In this document: positions 13,303-28,709 of the stretch, piece after piece
How positions within the stretch are numbered: the first letter of the stretch is position 1
How the letters are laid out: every line of letters begins with the position of its first letter
NCBI GenBank assembly: GCA_973851085.1
Contig: OZ316775.1
Coordinates: 2,666,001 to 2,730,000, forward strand
Direction: 5' to 3'
DNA from: Ptychomitrium polyphyllum
Taxonomy: Eukaryota
DNA: 64,000 bases
Position numbers and translations under genes: made by a program
The notes under the pieces: generated by a model
Databases searched by the model: none
The model's input: only the letters and a program-made list of their open reading frames with translations
Told to the model about the DNA's origin: nothing

Positions 13303-15039
13303 CTGGAACCATTTGTTGGCCATTAGACCATTTGTCATGCATGGTTCAACAAGTTCAAAACACGAGGCTGTAATCTGATCCTAAATGAAGGACCAGCCGA
13401 GCACTGATTCTAGAATCTTATGGACCCCGCACAGTTAATAATTCGCCTTCCCCGTCAAAACCTATCTGAAAGTAGGACCAAACATTTGGGCAGTGGAGGG
13501 AAGGGGTCCGTCCAGAATATTCGGAGACATGGCAGCATATATTATGTGCCCGGTGTTGGAATGCCGCATTACAGCGGCAAAACCCTGCACATGGTGGGCC
13601 AAGTCAACAAGACCACCACCTTGCAGAAACAAAAGGTGAGAATGTTGTTCACAGTTTGGGGCCTGTCTGGTGTGCAGTGTGCTATCCTCCAAGCCCTTGT
13701 TGTAACTTGGTGGCTCTTCCATGGAGTGAAGAGTCCTTCACTGGCTTACCCACCACAACCACCCTCAAAAGTGTAGCAACGGCTTCCACTGTGGTCGTGA
13801 CCCACTGTGCTTCATGTCTTAAACTATATGTGGGGCCCACAGTGCTGGAACCAAGTTCCTGTGTCATGGTTCAATAATGGCTATGTTTGTGCAAGTATGT
13901 CCACACCGTTTCCAAAAGGCCAAGCAGGTCAAATGGATGGTTTGAATGCCACCATGGATGTGTGTTCTGAGAGCACCTGGCTGGTGGCTGCCCATGGTTG
14001 GTACAGTCTAGCCTCAGTTATACAACACTCCGTGAAACTTTCTGCTTGCTTATACAACCTCAGTTTTCTGGCATGTTTTTGTACTGTGGAACCCTTAAGT
14101 TTAAGCCTCTCTTTATCATATGACCACTACATATGATATTACAGAATTCAAAATTTCAGTATTGTTGTATTATCAAATGAGTTTGTGTGGGTGTGTTTCA
14201 TCTAATACTCATAAAATTTTCAAAAATCAAACATGTTTCTCTCATGTGATTGGGAACTTGTAAAAGTTTGAGGTTGTAAAAGTTTGAGGAAGCTTGTAGG
14301 AACTTGTGAGGAGTTTTTTGGAAATCATGTTGAATAATGTGGCATTCTAAAAAAATTAATTATTTGGGGTTATTTATGTATCAAATTAAAGAAAGAAGAC
14401 ACTATATTGATCTTGTGCTTTGTACAAGGGAGAAACATCATAGATTGATAACTTTAGCTTACAAGTTTCATGACTATGACTATTTTTTAAATATATTTCA
14501 AAGAGGGTGTTTCTTGTGCAAAGAAAAGGAATAAAAGATGTTATTTCTTTTAAAACTTAATTAAACTTTTTTTTGAATTGTGGTTTTTTTTTAATTATTT
14601 GATTTCATAAAAATAAAAAACTATAGTATTCAAAGTGAGTAACAATTTTCTTGAATAAAAAATTTATATTGAATCTTGATTTATAAAACCAATTGACTTT
14701 GAATCTTCATAGAATTAATTCTTTGTACCACCAAAGTTGAAAATCTTGACTACCACAATTCTTTATATGTCAAAGTTCATTTGAAAGTGCATCATTTTTA
14801 TAAAATACAAATTCCAAGAGATATTCAATTTACATGCAACTTTTGTTAACATAAATATTGATAAAGATTAAAGTCAAATGATTAGATTAAACTAATGCTT
14901 GTTGCAATAAATATATATATATATACTTCCAAATTTAAATATTTATGTATAAAAAGATATAATGGAATTCAGGTTTTCAGACTGTTTTTGTAGAATTTAT
15001 TTTTATCAATGTTGTTATCCATTTTTTTAAATAAAGATT

Positions 15040-15495
15040 TCTAAATCACTTTTGAATTCATTATAAAATAATTATTGGAAATTTATCAATGAAGATTTTG
15101 GTAAAATTTTGAATGAAGCAGTCTTTATAAAAGTTAAATGAAAATCAAACATGGAAAAGTCAACCATATAATCTTATAACAAAGTTATTATGCATAATGA
15201 AATTTAAATTTGAAGTCATGGAGATACAACGATTGAAAGCTTATGATAGTTTGATATCAAAACTTAATTTTAAATCTTAGTTGATATCACTTTCAAATTA
15301 GAATTCAACTAAAAAATCACCAACAATAAATCAAATTTCAACTAAAGTATTGATTAACATCATCTTAGAAACACCTTTGTAGGTAATAAAATGAATAAAA
15401 ATCATTGATGTATTCAAAATGGCCTTACAATGTCTTACAATGATTCAAATTTTACAAAACAAAAGGTTAAGAGAACTAAGTCCTCTTGCATAAAA
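15040..15495 (+). mobile_element. Highly decayed LINE reverse-transcriptase relic (tentative)
   Basis: Ordered motif traces: SLLNSL(Y)KI at ~15046, KAYDSL at 15236-15253, KVLIN at ~15345, and RLRELSPLA (cf. GLRQGCPL) at ~15464, with roughly plausible spacing. Many stops and frameshifts. Confidence 0.35.
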
Positions 15496-18400
15496 ATGAT
15501 TACCAAATATATTCAATAATTTAAATTCGTGCAAGATTATTATTACATTAGTTAAACTTATTTATAAATTCTATTCAAAGATGCTAATTCAAAATTGCAA
15601 CATACATGATAGAAAAGTAGCTTGTCAAAGTTTTAATCATCTAAGTTTTACACTTTATAAGCTATTGCTTTTAGAAGACAAATAAAAAAATCGGACATTG
15701 AATACTTTTTCGTTCTAATAAATTTTTCCTTTTACTTTGTTGTAACATGAATTTAACAAAATCAATCAATTTAATATTCTATTCATTTTTAAAATTTATT
15801 GATTTGAAAAAACAAAATATACATCAAACTAATTTGTAAATTCAATGCTAGATAGAAACTTGTTCCTATTTTTACTACCAATTAATTGAGCTAATCTTGG
15901 AATCCTAATTGAAATCTAACAATTTTGCCTTCATTAGAATGGAGTTCTTTCTTCAAAAATCATATAAAAAAAATAAATGATAATAAAAATGAAGTTAATA
16001 GATACTAAATAATGCAATTATTTCATGAGTTATTAATTGAAGTCGAATTATAAACACCAATAAGCTTTTAGATTGTTGATCACCTCCTGAATCTAAAGTT
16101 TGGTTTGTTTGTTAAAGAAAGCAAATTTTTTGCTGCATACAACTTAATGTGGTCATGTTAGCTCTTGTACGTATGGATTATTAGATAGCCACTTGAACTT
16201 TTGAGTAGGCGATGAAGCTAAAGTTCATTTAATAACAAATCTTAAGATTTGTATTTGATTGATTTTTTATTAGAAATATAACATAATAATGGAAATAGTG
16301 TTAGAAATATCATTATGAGTTTTAGTATATAAAGAGGTTGTGGCCAAATCTATAAACACTTGAGAATCCCCTACCAATATTATGTTATGTGATGAAGAAA
16401 AGGTTGTAGAGTTTATGTACTATTACGAAGTTAATGTAGTATTATGTAATTGATGTAGAATTATGACGTTATAGATGTGGAGTGTGTAATCTTTACTATA
16501 ATATGTAAAGGGTAAGAATATTTTATGTTATGAAGAAGTTGGAGTTATGTGATAACTGATGTTGGCAATTATTCTTCAACAATTTGCACCTTGACAATCA
16601 CAACACCCTTTATACTATAATAATCATACTACAATAGAGCAAAACTGAAATGAAATGCTCCATTGTATGCACTGTTTAGCACTAGGCAAAGAAGTGTAGT
16701 TCTGTTCCAGTATTATACATCCCGGTGCAGCTCATCCAGCTGAAGGATATCATGGAGAGGAATAAGCTTGTGGATGTAAGCATAACCACGCCATTTGTAT
16801 TTGCCTTCTAAGAAAACAGTTGACTTCTAAGCCAGGCCTTGGAGAAATTAGTAGAAGAAGAAACAAAGAAACAGTCTGCTTGTGCACATCCACATGAGAT
16901 TAGATCAAGATTATGACTTTGTAAGCATTGTGGTTGGTCGCAGTAGCCACCCACCCTCTACAGATCTAAATTCACTCAAACCAATATAATGGAAAAGGCT
17001 CACAGCCAACAACCAAAGCTAGAATCAACGCATGATCCTTTTAAGTATACTTTAAAGATCTCCTGTTCAAATCCTCTGAATCCTTCTTAGTGTGACAATC
17101 ACCTTATAAATTTCCATAACTGTAATAAGACTTGGGTGGCCCCTTATTGGTGGCCCCCAAACATCACAAGGGACATGGGTATGGTGGCGCTTTGCAAATT
17201 TGTACTCTTGAGCTATATTCATATCTCGTCAATGTGAGCCCTCTGGACTTTGAGATGACATACTACTTTTTGGTCTAGAACTGCTTCTTGTTCCCTACAT
17301 TCCTCCTTCTTTTTCAATCTTATGCCATAACATATGCACTTGATGTGCCTATCTTTTGGGATGAATTGAAAATGGATTCTATAACAATGGATTTCATGGT
17401 GTAGCATGTCTTATAAGAGTCTTATATTTAAGAGAAAGATTGAATTATATTATAGATAATTAAAGTAACACAAATTTGGAAAGTTTGTTCATACGGGTGG
17501 GGTAGGAAAACTTTATAAAAGCTTGTATAGTTGCATAGTTAGGAACCTTTCAAAAAAGAACATAATTCAAAATATAGTTGTAGTGCCTTTTTACAACAAA
17601 GAACACTTGAACCTCTTTATTTTTGAATACATACAAAGTTTGCACCTTAACTATATATATACATCATTGTCATTGTCATTGTCATCATTAATGTTGTGAT
17701 TTTTATGATATAATAAAAGCATTTGTTCTTCTCAAAAGACATGTATTGGTAGAAAATGTAATACATGGTATATCTACACTTCCATTCCAAACTAAGCATT
17801 GGAGTTAGTAGAAGTATGAAAAAATATCATAGTAACTTTAGTACTTTTTAAAGTAATGGTAGATAATTTGTTGGCATACTAGATAATGCACCTTTATAAT
17901 ATTTATTATTTACATAGCTCAAAATCCAATATTTATTATTGTACAATGGAATAACAAGTGGAAATTTAAAAATAGTTTAAAATAAAACATATTTAATATT
18001 TGATATGTAAAATTGCAATTTTGTTAATTAATTGACAAATTTTCCATTTAATTAAATAACACGATTTTTTTTGAGAAATTAAACATCTAAGGTGGCATTC
18101 AAAGTAAAAAAAATAATATGAATCTAATAAAATCATAGTCGCACTTCAAATCTCTTCTTACCTTTAAAAAACAATAGTGTAATATAAGCTTGTTGCACAT
18201 AGCTATTCATATATTTTTTAAAAGTTTCTTATATTGCTAAGGCCTCCTAAGGTTCATAATGTTCTTTAGCATATTGAAACAACTCACCTACACCAAAGAA
18301 ATTGGATAATTAATAATAATGATAATAAAATATTATTTAAATATTATTTAATGATAATTTTAAATATCTTCTTTTTAAAAGAATCATCACATTAATAAAA

Positions 18401-21400
18401 ATCACAATAACTTATCTTCTTTTATATTTAATGCTATAACTTTTTACAAAAAAATATTTTTACTAAAATTTGATATATTGGTACCATTTGTGCATGAGAA
18501 TGCCTATAAGTACATTTGGTAAAAAAATCTATCATGCATATTATGCCATCTTAAAAACAAATATAGCCAAATGCAGTCACCAAATTAAATTCATGCTTTC
18601 ATTCAACCACTACAATATACCTTCACTATCATTTATCATTGGCTTCCCAAATTCTAAGGTGAAAATAAATGATTTCATTTGTTGAAGAATCTTATAATAT
18701 CACACTAGTTATTGCTATTACTTTGAGATCCAATATGAAGGCTTCTTTGTATCTAAGTTCAATGGATTAATATTTGAAAAAAAATTAAAAAATAAATATT
18801 GACAGTATTGCAACTTCTTACTAGAAATTCACCTGGCAAAATAGGGATTTACATTCAAATGTTTTTATTGTGGATGAAAAATCTTGGAGTTTGATTTGGA
18901 AAATGTGGATAGTGTTCTTAGAATAAAATAAGAGTTACCTCTTGCAACCTAAAGGAGTTGTAACCTTAAAGACTAAGAATAATATTTAGCTGCGGATTTA
19001 TTGCATTTAAAAACATTCCTAAAAAGATTATGAACTTCGGATAATTCCTAGAATCTGAGGTTTATTTAATCATTAACATGTTTATATGTAATTTTAATCT
19101 GTAATTTAATTTGTTCTGCTCTATTTTTTTTACTGTATTTATTTCTGGACTTTAGGGTTCATAGTCTCTTCATTGTAATTTGAAGCCTTTTTAATTGAAT
19201 TTACACTTGTGTTTTGAATCACAATTTACTTAAAACTTTCATGTTTGGTGAGAGTTTCATGCATAGAAGAGTCTCATTCTTTGAAGAAGACGTTACTTGT
19301 GTTTTGGACTTCATCTATAAGCTATTAGGCATGAACATGCTTAGAGTGTAATATTTAATACTTCCTTTTGCATTAAATATAGTAGAAGTATATATATATA
19401 TATATAATTAAAAATAATAATATTGACTTATTAAATATTTTATTGTATCATCATAATAATATTTTATTAAAAAATTATACATTGATTTGATTTAAATATT
19501 ATGACATCAAAAGAAGCCATTCTATGCATGTACTATTATAATTCTTAATCATCATAATTCATGTTTTGTTCAAATTCAATAATTACTACAATAAAAAAAA
19601 GTTGTTAATATTTATAGTATTGGTAATAATTAGTGTAGTGAATGCATAGAGGTATGAATGTGATGTGATGACTTGATCTACAAACTATCTCAATATTTCG
19701 TTAATCAAAGATTTAAGAATTCAAATGTATTTTGAAAAATGAATTTCTTCCATTAGAAGATGATGTCTTGAAAGGCCAATATATATAATGTCTTGTTGCT
19801 TGCATTAGAATGCAAGCAATAATTGGTATAAAAAAACCTTGTCAATCTATGTTATTATTAATCAAGGTTATCAACCAAAATTTTGGTTGTTCATAATTTT
19901 TAAATGCCTACCTATTATAAAAGATGAAGCGCATTGAAGTCTTTGTTGATAGAACTTCAACTTTTCTAATGCCTTAAATTAATTATACAAGGAAAATTTC
20001 TTTTTAAAATTTTTAAATGAATATTTTTGCCTATAATTTTTGTAGATGTTTAAAAAGACAACATCCTTTATCAATGAAGAGCTTCATCTTCCTAAAAATA
20101 AATTATGTATTTTGTTGTACAAATAACTAAGTACATTTATTATACCTATCAAGACACTTAGCAATGATGACCACATCCATTTAATTTTCACATTGAGCTT
20201 ATTTACTACCATCCATTTCCTATTATTATAGTTCACATGTTAAACAAAATTAAAGGAAATATTGTAAAAAAGTTAAAGATTCCTTTTTACTCTTCTAAGG
20301 ATGATATCTAAGACTACTTTAAAAACATCATGGACATGAACTTAATTGCTATAAAAACTAAAGTTTGAGGATTGGTGCTTTAAAAATAAATTAGTGTACT
20401 TAACCTATAAATGGGAGAGGGCCTCAGAAACCACCCTAAAAGGTTCCGACCTTACACTCTGGAACGAACCACTTACCCTCAGTTTTCACCCTCTACCATT
20501 ACCTAGGCTGGTAGTTACTATATTAGCTTTGTGTAGAGAATAAATAAAATTTCAACCCTGTGTCTGTAAATTTACATGGCCCCACTAACAAGAATAAAAA
20601 GAGTACTGTACAACCAGATCTTAATTCCTGGGAGGGAATCCTTCAAACAATGCCTCAAAAGCTAGCACAGGACCCCATTAATCTGGGTTCCATGCTACAG
20701 AATTTACCAAATTAAATTTAGAATTAAAAAGATCTACGTTTTGGACACAAGCTCTGAATTTTCAGCTTGTGTTCCAGTACACACGGAATGACTTGAGGCT
20801 ATATAGAGAAAGGATTATAAAAGGGTAAGAAAGGATACAAACTGTATGGTATGGCAGTGAGGATCAAAAGTCAACATTCATATGGTAGAATTCTAGTCAA
20901 GATTTGAAGGAGTTGGAATCTATGTGGGCATTCAAAGGGGTTGGCAGTGCCTTTGCCTAATCAGTAGGGGGTGCTTCGTATGGGAAATACAACAAAAAGG
21001 TAGATGTAGAGCTTCCCCAGGCTGCCTTGCACAGGGGTGACAGTTGTGAAATTGAGTATAATGTACTATACTGCGGAAGAACTCCACATATGCTGCCATG
21101 TTATTTGGGACTCAACCGACCATAGCACAAGCTCCTCCAATGGCCACCTCAAATTCCCAGTATGCCGGGTCCTCATCAGACAGAAGGGTTTTTCCACTGC
21201 AAAATCATCATTTCACAGGCTTGTTTCTTCACATCACAACACTGACAGACAGACAATCCGAGAGAATATAAAATGAGCATTTGCTCAATTCACCAACAAA
21301 ATCTTAAAATCAACATACTTTAGAGAATGTTCTGAGAATCTGAGATGCAAAAAATAGGTGGGTAAGAATGTTATGACTTATGTGCTATGAAGTCACCGTG

Positions 21401-24400
21401 CTTAGCTTACTGAAACCAAGAACAGAATGTGCCCTCTGAACTAGTTGTTGTCCCCTTTTCATGGCACTTTTACACTTTGCCTTCCATGATGCCATTTTCC
21501 ATGTACCACATCTGTGAATTCTCCAAGATACTCTCAGGATTAACAAGGAAAAAGGCATTTGGACTCAGCATATTTTTGAACCTAAGAATCTTGCTCAATT
21601 ATTTTAAGGTATTCAGCTTTACAGCTCAAATAATTCAACTGTTACAGCCCCAACTTGTAAACTTTTGACAAAAATCACCTGTAAGATTGAGTAAAGAGTT
21701 TAATTCAATATCTAGTTAAATTAACTCAAGAAGGTTCAACTATGCACTTTTGAATGGTTTTAGGCAACCAAATTTATTGTAAATCAGAATTTCATTTATG
21801 ATTATGTTTCCTAACTTCAATAATCTACAATATATGAAAGTAATATTAAAATCCAATTAGATGTTTTTTCCCTTTTTCATAGTCATAAGAACAAAAATCT
21901 AATTGCCAATGATTTTCAACCCTTTGATATAAGATCTTGGGTTTTTTTGTCATAAAAATTTCTACCAACTTTGTTTGAATCTAGCACCTTTCTCTATTGT
22001 ACTTCCATCCTTAATTTAAAATCCAAAGTAATTTTATTATTTCCACACTATCATAAATAGAAACCAAATGTATTTGCAAGTTCAAAGTTATTATTTCAAA
22101 AAACATAATAAAATATCATAACCACCAAAAAAAACTAAATTTTTTAAAACAAACACTAAAACATATACAAATAAAGAACCCAAAAATTATAAATTTGGAT
22201 TTAAATTTTTTAAGCAAAATGTGAGTGAAACAAACATCCTCAAATAAAGGACATTAGTGAATTGGAACATTATCATTTTTATTATTTTTATTATTTTTCT
22301 TTCGTGTTTTTAATAAATGGTATGGATTCACCACAAAAGTTGTATGATAATTCAAGAACTTCATTCAACTATGTGCATAATATGTTAACATTGGCCTTTC
22401 CTCTTGTATAAATTATCAAGATCCAAAGCATATAATAATAACCTGTGAAACATTTGCACAAGATAAAACTTAATCAACATAATATTCTACATAATATTTA
22501 TGAACAATTGTAAAAACTACATCTTGACTCTTCTAATAAATTGTCATAAATGCAAAATAAATCTATTTTTTCAAAAGAACATGTCTATAATTTCAGGCAT
22601 ACATCTACACTTGCTTCACTTTAATGGCCACATGCGAGTTTATTATATGTTGGTTCAAAAAGGTTAAATCTATTTACAAAAGGATTAAATAGTGGGCTGC
22701 ATGCAAGCAAGCTTAAGCTTTGGTGGAATAATGGAGACAATCAACTTTGGATTGAAAGAAGACATCATTGGCTGTTGTAAATAAAAACCTCAGCACTAAT
22801 GCAGCCAATGCACCAAACCTTGCAGTAATGGATGACCCTCATGTAAATTCATTGGCAAATGATGACCATGTACAATTAGATAGAGATCAAAAGCAAACTG
22901 TGCCTCATATGGAATACAAGGGTAGAGGCACATTGTCCAGGTCATCATCAACCGTGCCCAAATCAGGATTTCAGGCTCCCACCTGGTGTCCCTCTTTAAA
23001 TATCCTACCAGAAAGGGGCAGCCCCTCAAGATTTTGCAGCTGCCCACGCCATAGAACCCACGGTTTTGGATGCACTTTCCTCCTTGGAACTCACCAAATT
23101 GCATGGCCAGGGCCAGAATTGCACAAATTATGGACATGGGGACTCAAATTCCACACGGTGCCTCATTCTCCTTTGGAAAATTACTTCGATTTTCAAGAGT
23201 TTGTAATGAATAATATTGTTACAATTGAAGAATGCCCTGGAAGCACAGAAGCTTAGAAGGAAGTGTGTTTGACACACAACATTATGTAGCTACTATAACA
23301 ACTCATTTTGTGCTGGGATTGGGAATCAACAACAAAGTGTAAGAGTAGTATTGTTGTCCTTCTCTAATATGAAAATGTTGCATTTTTATCATATGATATT
23401 AAGGATATTTGATGTTGTATTATTGAATTTTTCAAAATTTAACCAAAATAAGTATATAGAAACATATTATGATTATAAAATCTTGAAAATACACTTCATA
23501 TCTATCAAGATTTGCAATATTAAGTTTATTGATAATAACCAATTCTAGTTATCACACAAATCCTAATACCTATCCAAATCCTCACCACCATTTTATAGTT
23601 CTACAATTAGAAGTTCTCATAAGGCTTTTAATTGTAAATGAATCAACTATCATATATTGTTCCAAATATTCATCACTTTGGTACTAACCATTAATTATCT
23701 TTAATATATGACAAATGAGGAATCTTAATTATTGTATTACAATGTGTTATTGTTGTATTATAAAGGGAGTTTTGAACTAGATAAATCAGTTGTGCAAAAA
23801 CGAGTCAGATTGTAGTATATTAAAATGTCATAATAGCGAGGTTAGTCCTTTTTATATGCTCAATCAAAGGAGGAGAGAGTGGAGCTGAAAATGGAATGAG
23901 CTTTGCATGAAGCGACTGGTTGAATCAATATCTACCGCCGACGTGGCGTCTATATGAGACGACAACTGTAAACAAGGACTCCCGGTTCCCCAGAATTTTA
24001 GTAGTGTGAAACGTATCATTTTCTATTTTGAAAAGTCCAGCCCAGCAAAATCCCAAGTTATCATTTCCAGTGAGCGTGGACCCTGCAGGGAATCTCCGCC
24101 AATCATTGTTTTGCGTGGAGGAGTCATTGAATAGTGGAATTGTAGTGAGGACCACTTATGCTATAAAGTCTTTTAAAAACCTCAATATGGAATTCAATGA
24201 TGCTCCTCCATCTTTTCCTTAGAAATGACGGTGTCCTTAAAAAAATAACTGTGCAGAGTACTGATACTCATGTCTTGTTGAAAGACGGGGAAAGGGACAA
24301 GAGGATAACAATAGACAAAGAACAAAAACAAGACAACGATCATGACAAAGTTCCATAGTATCCCTTTTGGACAATCATAAACATTCTTGAAGCACCTTAA

Positions 24401-27400
24401 CCCCTGAAGATTCTTTGGGTTTCAATTTCAAACTAAAAGTGATTCTACGGCCACAAAATGAACTTGAAATTGAAGGAATTACTTTCTAATCTGAAAAGTA
24501 TATCAATCCGATCTCATACAAAGTAATCTAAAGAATCTAAAAATTCGATTGTTTTTTCTTTTGTAGGTCAGAAAATCGTAAGGTTCAATTTTTTATATAT
24601 CCGTGTATTAACTTATAGTTTGTTTGCCCAAACATTTGTGCAACTTTTGATGGTTGATTTTTGATAAAGTGAAAACCCCATTTTTGAAGCCTCTTTTATA
24701 TCATCAAGAGTTACCTGTAAAAATCATGAAATCTGAAAATTGTTGTTATGCTGAAGATATCATATAATGTGCAAAGGAGTTACAAAATTTTTGTAACACC
24801 TAAAATTTTCCAACATGGTGTTTTCAAATTGAAAAAAAGTATTAAAAAGAAACCATCAAATTGAAAGTTTAAATAATAATTGAAATTAAACTTTTAGAAA
24901 AGTAATTAAAGAAATTACATAAAACTTAGAAGTTAAAGCCAGTAATTTGGCAATAGATTAAATAGCTATAAGTGGATAAAAACACATGTGTTTTTGTTGT
25001 TGTTAATCTGTTTCAATTATCATTCATGGAGCTCTCAAATTAATGTCATGTTTCATGGTGAAATATTTTTGATTCTTATTGAATTGTTGTGGCTTTTATA
25101 CAGAATTCATTCAAGTTTTATTAAATTTTTAAAATACAATTAAAATTTCTCAACAACTATCGCATTTAGAAATAAATATTCCTTTTTAAAAAAATATAAA
25201 TTATAAAAATCTTACATCTACTAATAGCAGTGCCAAAATATGGACATATCCAAAAATAATCTTTTAAAGTTTTGACAACAATTCATTGTTTTGTGTTACA
25301 AAAAACATTTGATTTTTTACAAAGTTTATTAATTTGATACAACTTTATTACACATCATAGTGTATATAGAAGACAATAGAACTATAGAAAAGACTTTGAA
25401 AAGTATGAATTTATATAGTTAGATTTTCAAGGAGAAAATTAGTTACAACAAATATTGGTGGTTATTGTCATCATTCTATGCTTGGAAGTAAGCATGGGTA
25501 ATCTAAAGAACTTGAAGACATACATCTTATTTAGGTATGAACTCCACCAAAATTGTTATTTAGTGTTAACAATTTTAAATATTTTATTTTGATAATGGAA
25601 TACAAATTGCTAAACCAATGTCACTAAGACTAAATTTCACCAAATTTTTAATTGAAACAACAAAGCAATTTCCAAATTGTTCATAAATATTATTTTCTAT
25701 AGAGTGATTTTTTATGACAGTAGACGCCATCTGTTATAAACTACTATTTTTAGTAATGTTGCTTGCTTTTTCCAACAACAGCTATCTCTACTTTGATTTT
25801 GCAAAAGTTTTTTTCTTAGGACTGACGTTTCAGATTGCCCTCATATGTACAAAACATACATGTTTAAATAAAAGTAGACAAATTTCTTTAGTAATTACTG
25901 CAGGCTGCAACTTCTGCATAGAAATGGGTCATTGCATGCATTGTAAGTTGCGAAGCATAGTTGCGTGCTTTACGTAATAGTGTACATCCTATCAACACTT
26001 CTACAGTTGCTAGTCTAATTCATGCTGTTGATAAATTAGACCCTTGTTGCACACAATGAGGTACACTTGAATTGTGAGAGTGGATTCTTTTCGTTTCAGT
26101 ACATAAAAAAATTGTGCAAGTGGTGCAGATTCCACCATGTCAAATATGGTATGCTCTTTCACCAGTATTTGGTTTTGTAGCAATTGGCCAGCACTCATGA
26201 CAGTGGTGCAAATAGTGCAGCATGAGAACAACTTTTAAAGTAGTTGCTCTGCACAGACTAATGCAACAGTTTGAAAGACATTCCTGTGGCAGATTGTCTG
26301 TCACTACACAGATTACTGTAGCTTATGAGAGAGAAAGCCAAACAAGGGTGATCATCAAATTATTGTTTGGAAGGTGGGAGAAGTCTAGCTATTAGGCAGG
26401 AAGTAAACAATTAGGCAGCTGCTCCTCGGCCATGAAGCGATGTCAAAGCTTGAAATGACAATGGCAAGCAGCCCAGAGGATAAAGAAGATTACCTAAGGT
26501 AGAGACAGCTATGAAGGTGGTGCTGAATATATCTAGCAAAGCTAAGCTAATAAGAGAAAAATCAGCAATATAGGTACTGGTAACCAATAAAGGAAGGACC
26601 TAACAAGAAATAAACAGTTAGCGAGACTACCATAACAACTCTATGGTCTTCAAAGGTGAGTTGTTAGGCCTCATTGTCTTCCTGCACTAGGTGTTAGATG
26701 GATAAGTAAAAAATTCTTCATTCTCAGCCTTCACTTGTCTTCACACTACTCATCGTATCTGAGTTAGTTCATATCTGTAGCAATTGTCCTAGTTTTGGTG
26801 TCCAAATACCAAGGCTCAAAGTTGGAGTGTAAACGATGTGGGCCTAAATCTTTAACACTAAAGCTCCGATACTAAAAGACATCCACTCAAAAATAGTAAA
26901 AATAGTGACCATGTCACAAGAATGTAGCTAGGCATATAGTTACATCTCAATCCACAATCTGCAATACATATTGGAATTTGTATCATTCTTCTTATAAAAT
27001 CTAACACTTGTATCTATTATGTGTAAGAAGCCTTAATTTTATTATGTTCTTTGTATATTTTAAATACTTTTGATAAGTTGTAATGCCATTATGTACCATT
27101 GGACTTCTATCTATGTAGATTGCCAAATGAAAGGACTTGCATCTAAGGCAAATGCACAATATTAACTTCAATTCTGTAGAATATGAAACATATAAAGGTC
27201 TTAAGGTGTCATGTTCCTAATGTTGCAAGAGTGGCCAAATTTGTGGATACTTTCACTTCCTTTTTAAATATAAAAATACTCCATTCCATATAAAATATGT
27301 ATTTCCTATCTTATGTTACAAGTAATTTGTTGTACCATATTCATACTCATATAACACCAATACCATTTACAAAAGCATAGGTATGAATTTTTGATGCATT

Positions 27401-27610
27401 TAATGACGTAAATTAGCAATTGTTTGAATTATGTGCTCTTCATATTTTATATTATATGTTTATATTGGAAAGTTTCTTTGGAAATGTGTCATCTAGTTCT
27501 AATTTTGGATATATTTGATCTCTTGGTGATTTTGACATGTAATTTAATAAGTATGATTTTTGGTCACTTATGGATTTCAACATTGTGGTGCAAAGAACTT
27601 CTATAGATAT

Positions 27611-28087
27611 TGATACAAATATAGATCATACAACATAGTCTTTTAAATCTTTTGAAACCTATTAGTATATTATAATAGCTTCTTAGAATGATTTCAATGT
27701 TTCCATAGTCATTCCAATCCTTAAAGAATTTCTTAAGAAGGTTCTACTTCTTTTATTAATTTCTTAAGAAGGTTCCACATTCCTAGGAAATTTCTTAAGA
27801 AGGGTCCACCTCCTTGGAGAAATTCTTATGAAGATTCAATAGACTTCTAGAACATTTTTAAACTTCATAGAAAGTTTTTTTTGAAGCATCATAGGAAATA
27901 CAAGTATCATAGTATAAATATGAGGGAAGATAAGGTTTATCTTAATCTTGCAAATATAAGTTGTGGATCATATTGTATATTGTCCTTATTCTAATTTTTG
28001 TATCAATTCTTCATAATCATTAGCTCTTTGGAAGCCAGTTCTTGGAAACCACTTTATGTTTGCTTTTTATTTCTTGTGTCCCTGATA
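27611..28087 (+). mobile_element. Degenerate solo LTR (same family as 28710-29116)
   Basis: Aligns along its length with the reverse complement of 28710-29116; TG start; flanked by GATAT/GATTT (5-bp TSD, 1 mismatch); internal ~30-bp subrepeats. Confidence 0.7.
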
Positions 28088-28709
28088 GATTTGAGTCAAG
28101 TTATATTTATGTTATTTCAAATGTACTCATAGATTTTTTTATCCATACTTGGCCAAATTAACAAAGTTTGGTATCTTATCTATCAAAATCCTTTTGGAAT
28201 TTATTTTCCATGGATTATTAAATAATTTTAAAAAATCTATTCTTTTAATAAAAAGTTATCTGTAATGTATTTTCTAATAATTGGTATATATGAATACCAA
28301 ATTGCTTTTGATAATTATAAGAATTGATTATTTATTTGAGTAGGTGATATTATCCAATTATATCTTTTAAATCAATTACTCAGCCATGTTGATTGAGGGT
28401 TGTTTACTATATATTTGAAAAGGAACATTTTATGTTTTTCTCATAGCATCAATGCTTACATTGTAAATTTTGTTACGAAGGCTTAAACTTGGTATATGGA
28501 ATCTAGGATCTTTAAATCATTATGAATAAGAACATGCATTCCAATATTGTTTACAAAAACTAAGTAGCATAATGATTTACATGTCACTTGATTTGACATT
28601 TTATTTTGACTATTTGTGATTTTTGAATATATAATAATGAATTCAACATGATTGATATCTTATTATATAAAATTGCTTAGCAATTTTAATAATCAAAAGA
28701 TGTTCCAAG

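Noticed and set aside
12757..14136. Cluster of 60-138 aa ORFs
   Set aside because: Overlapping on both strands with no recognisable family
22768..23256. 162-aa ORF with an antisense 113-aa ORF
   Set aside because: TTG start, no recognisable domain or exon context
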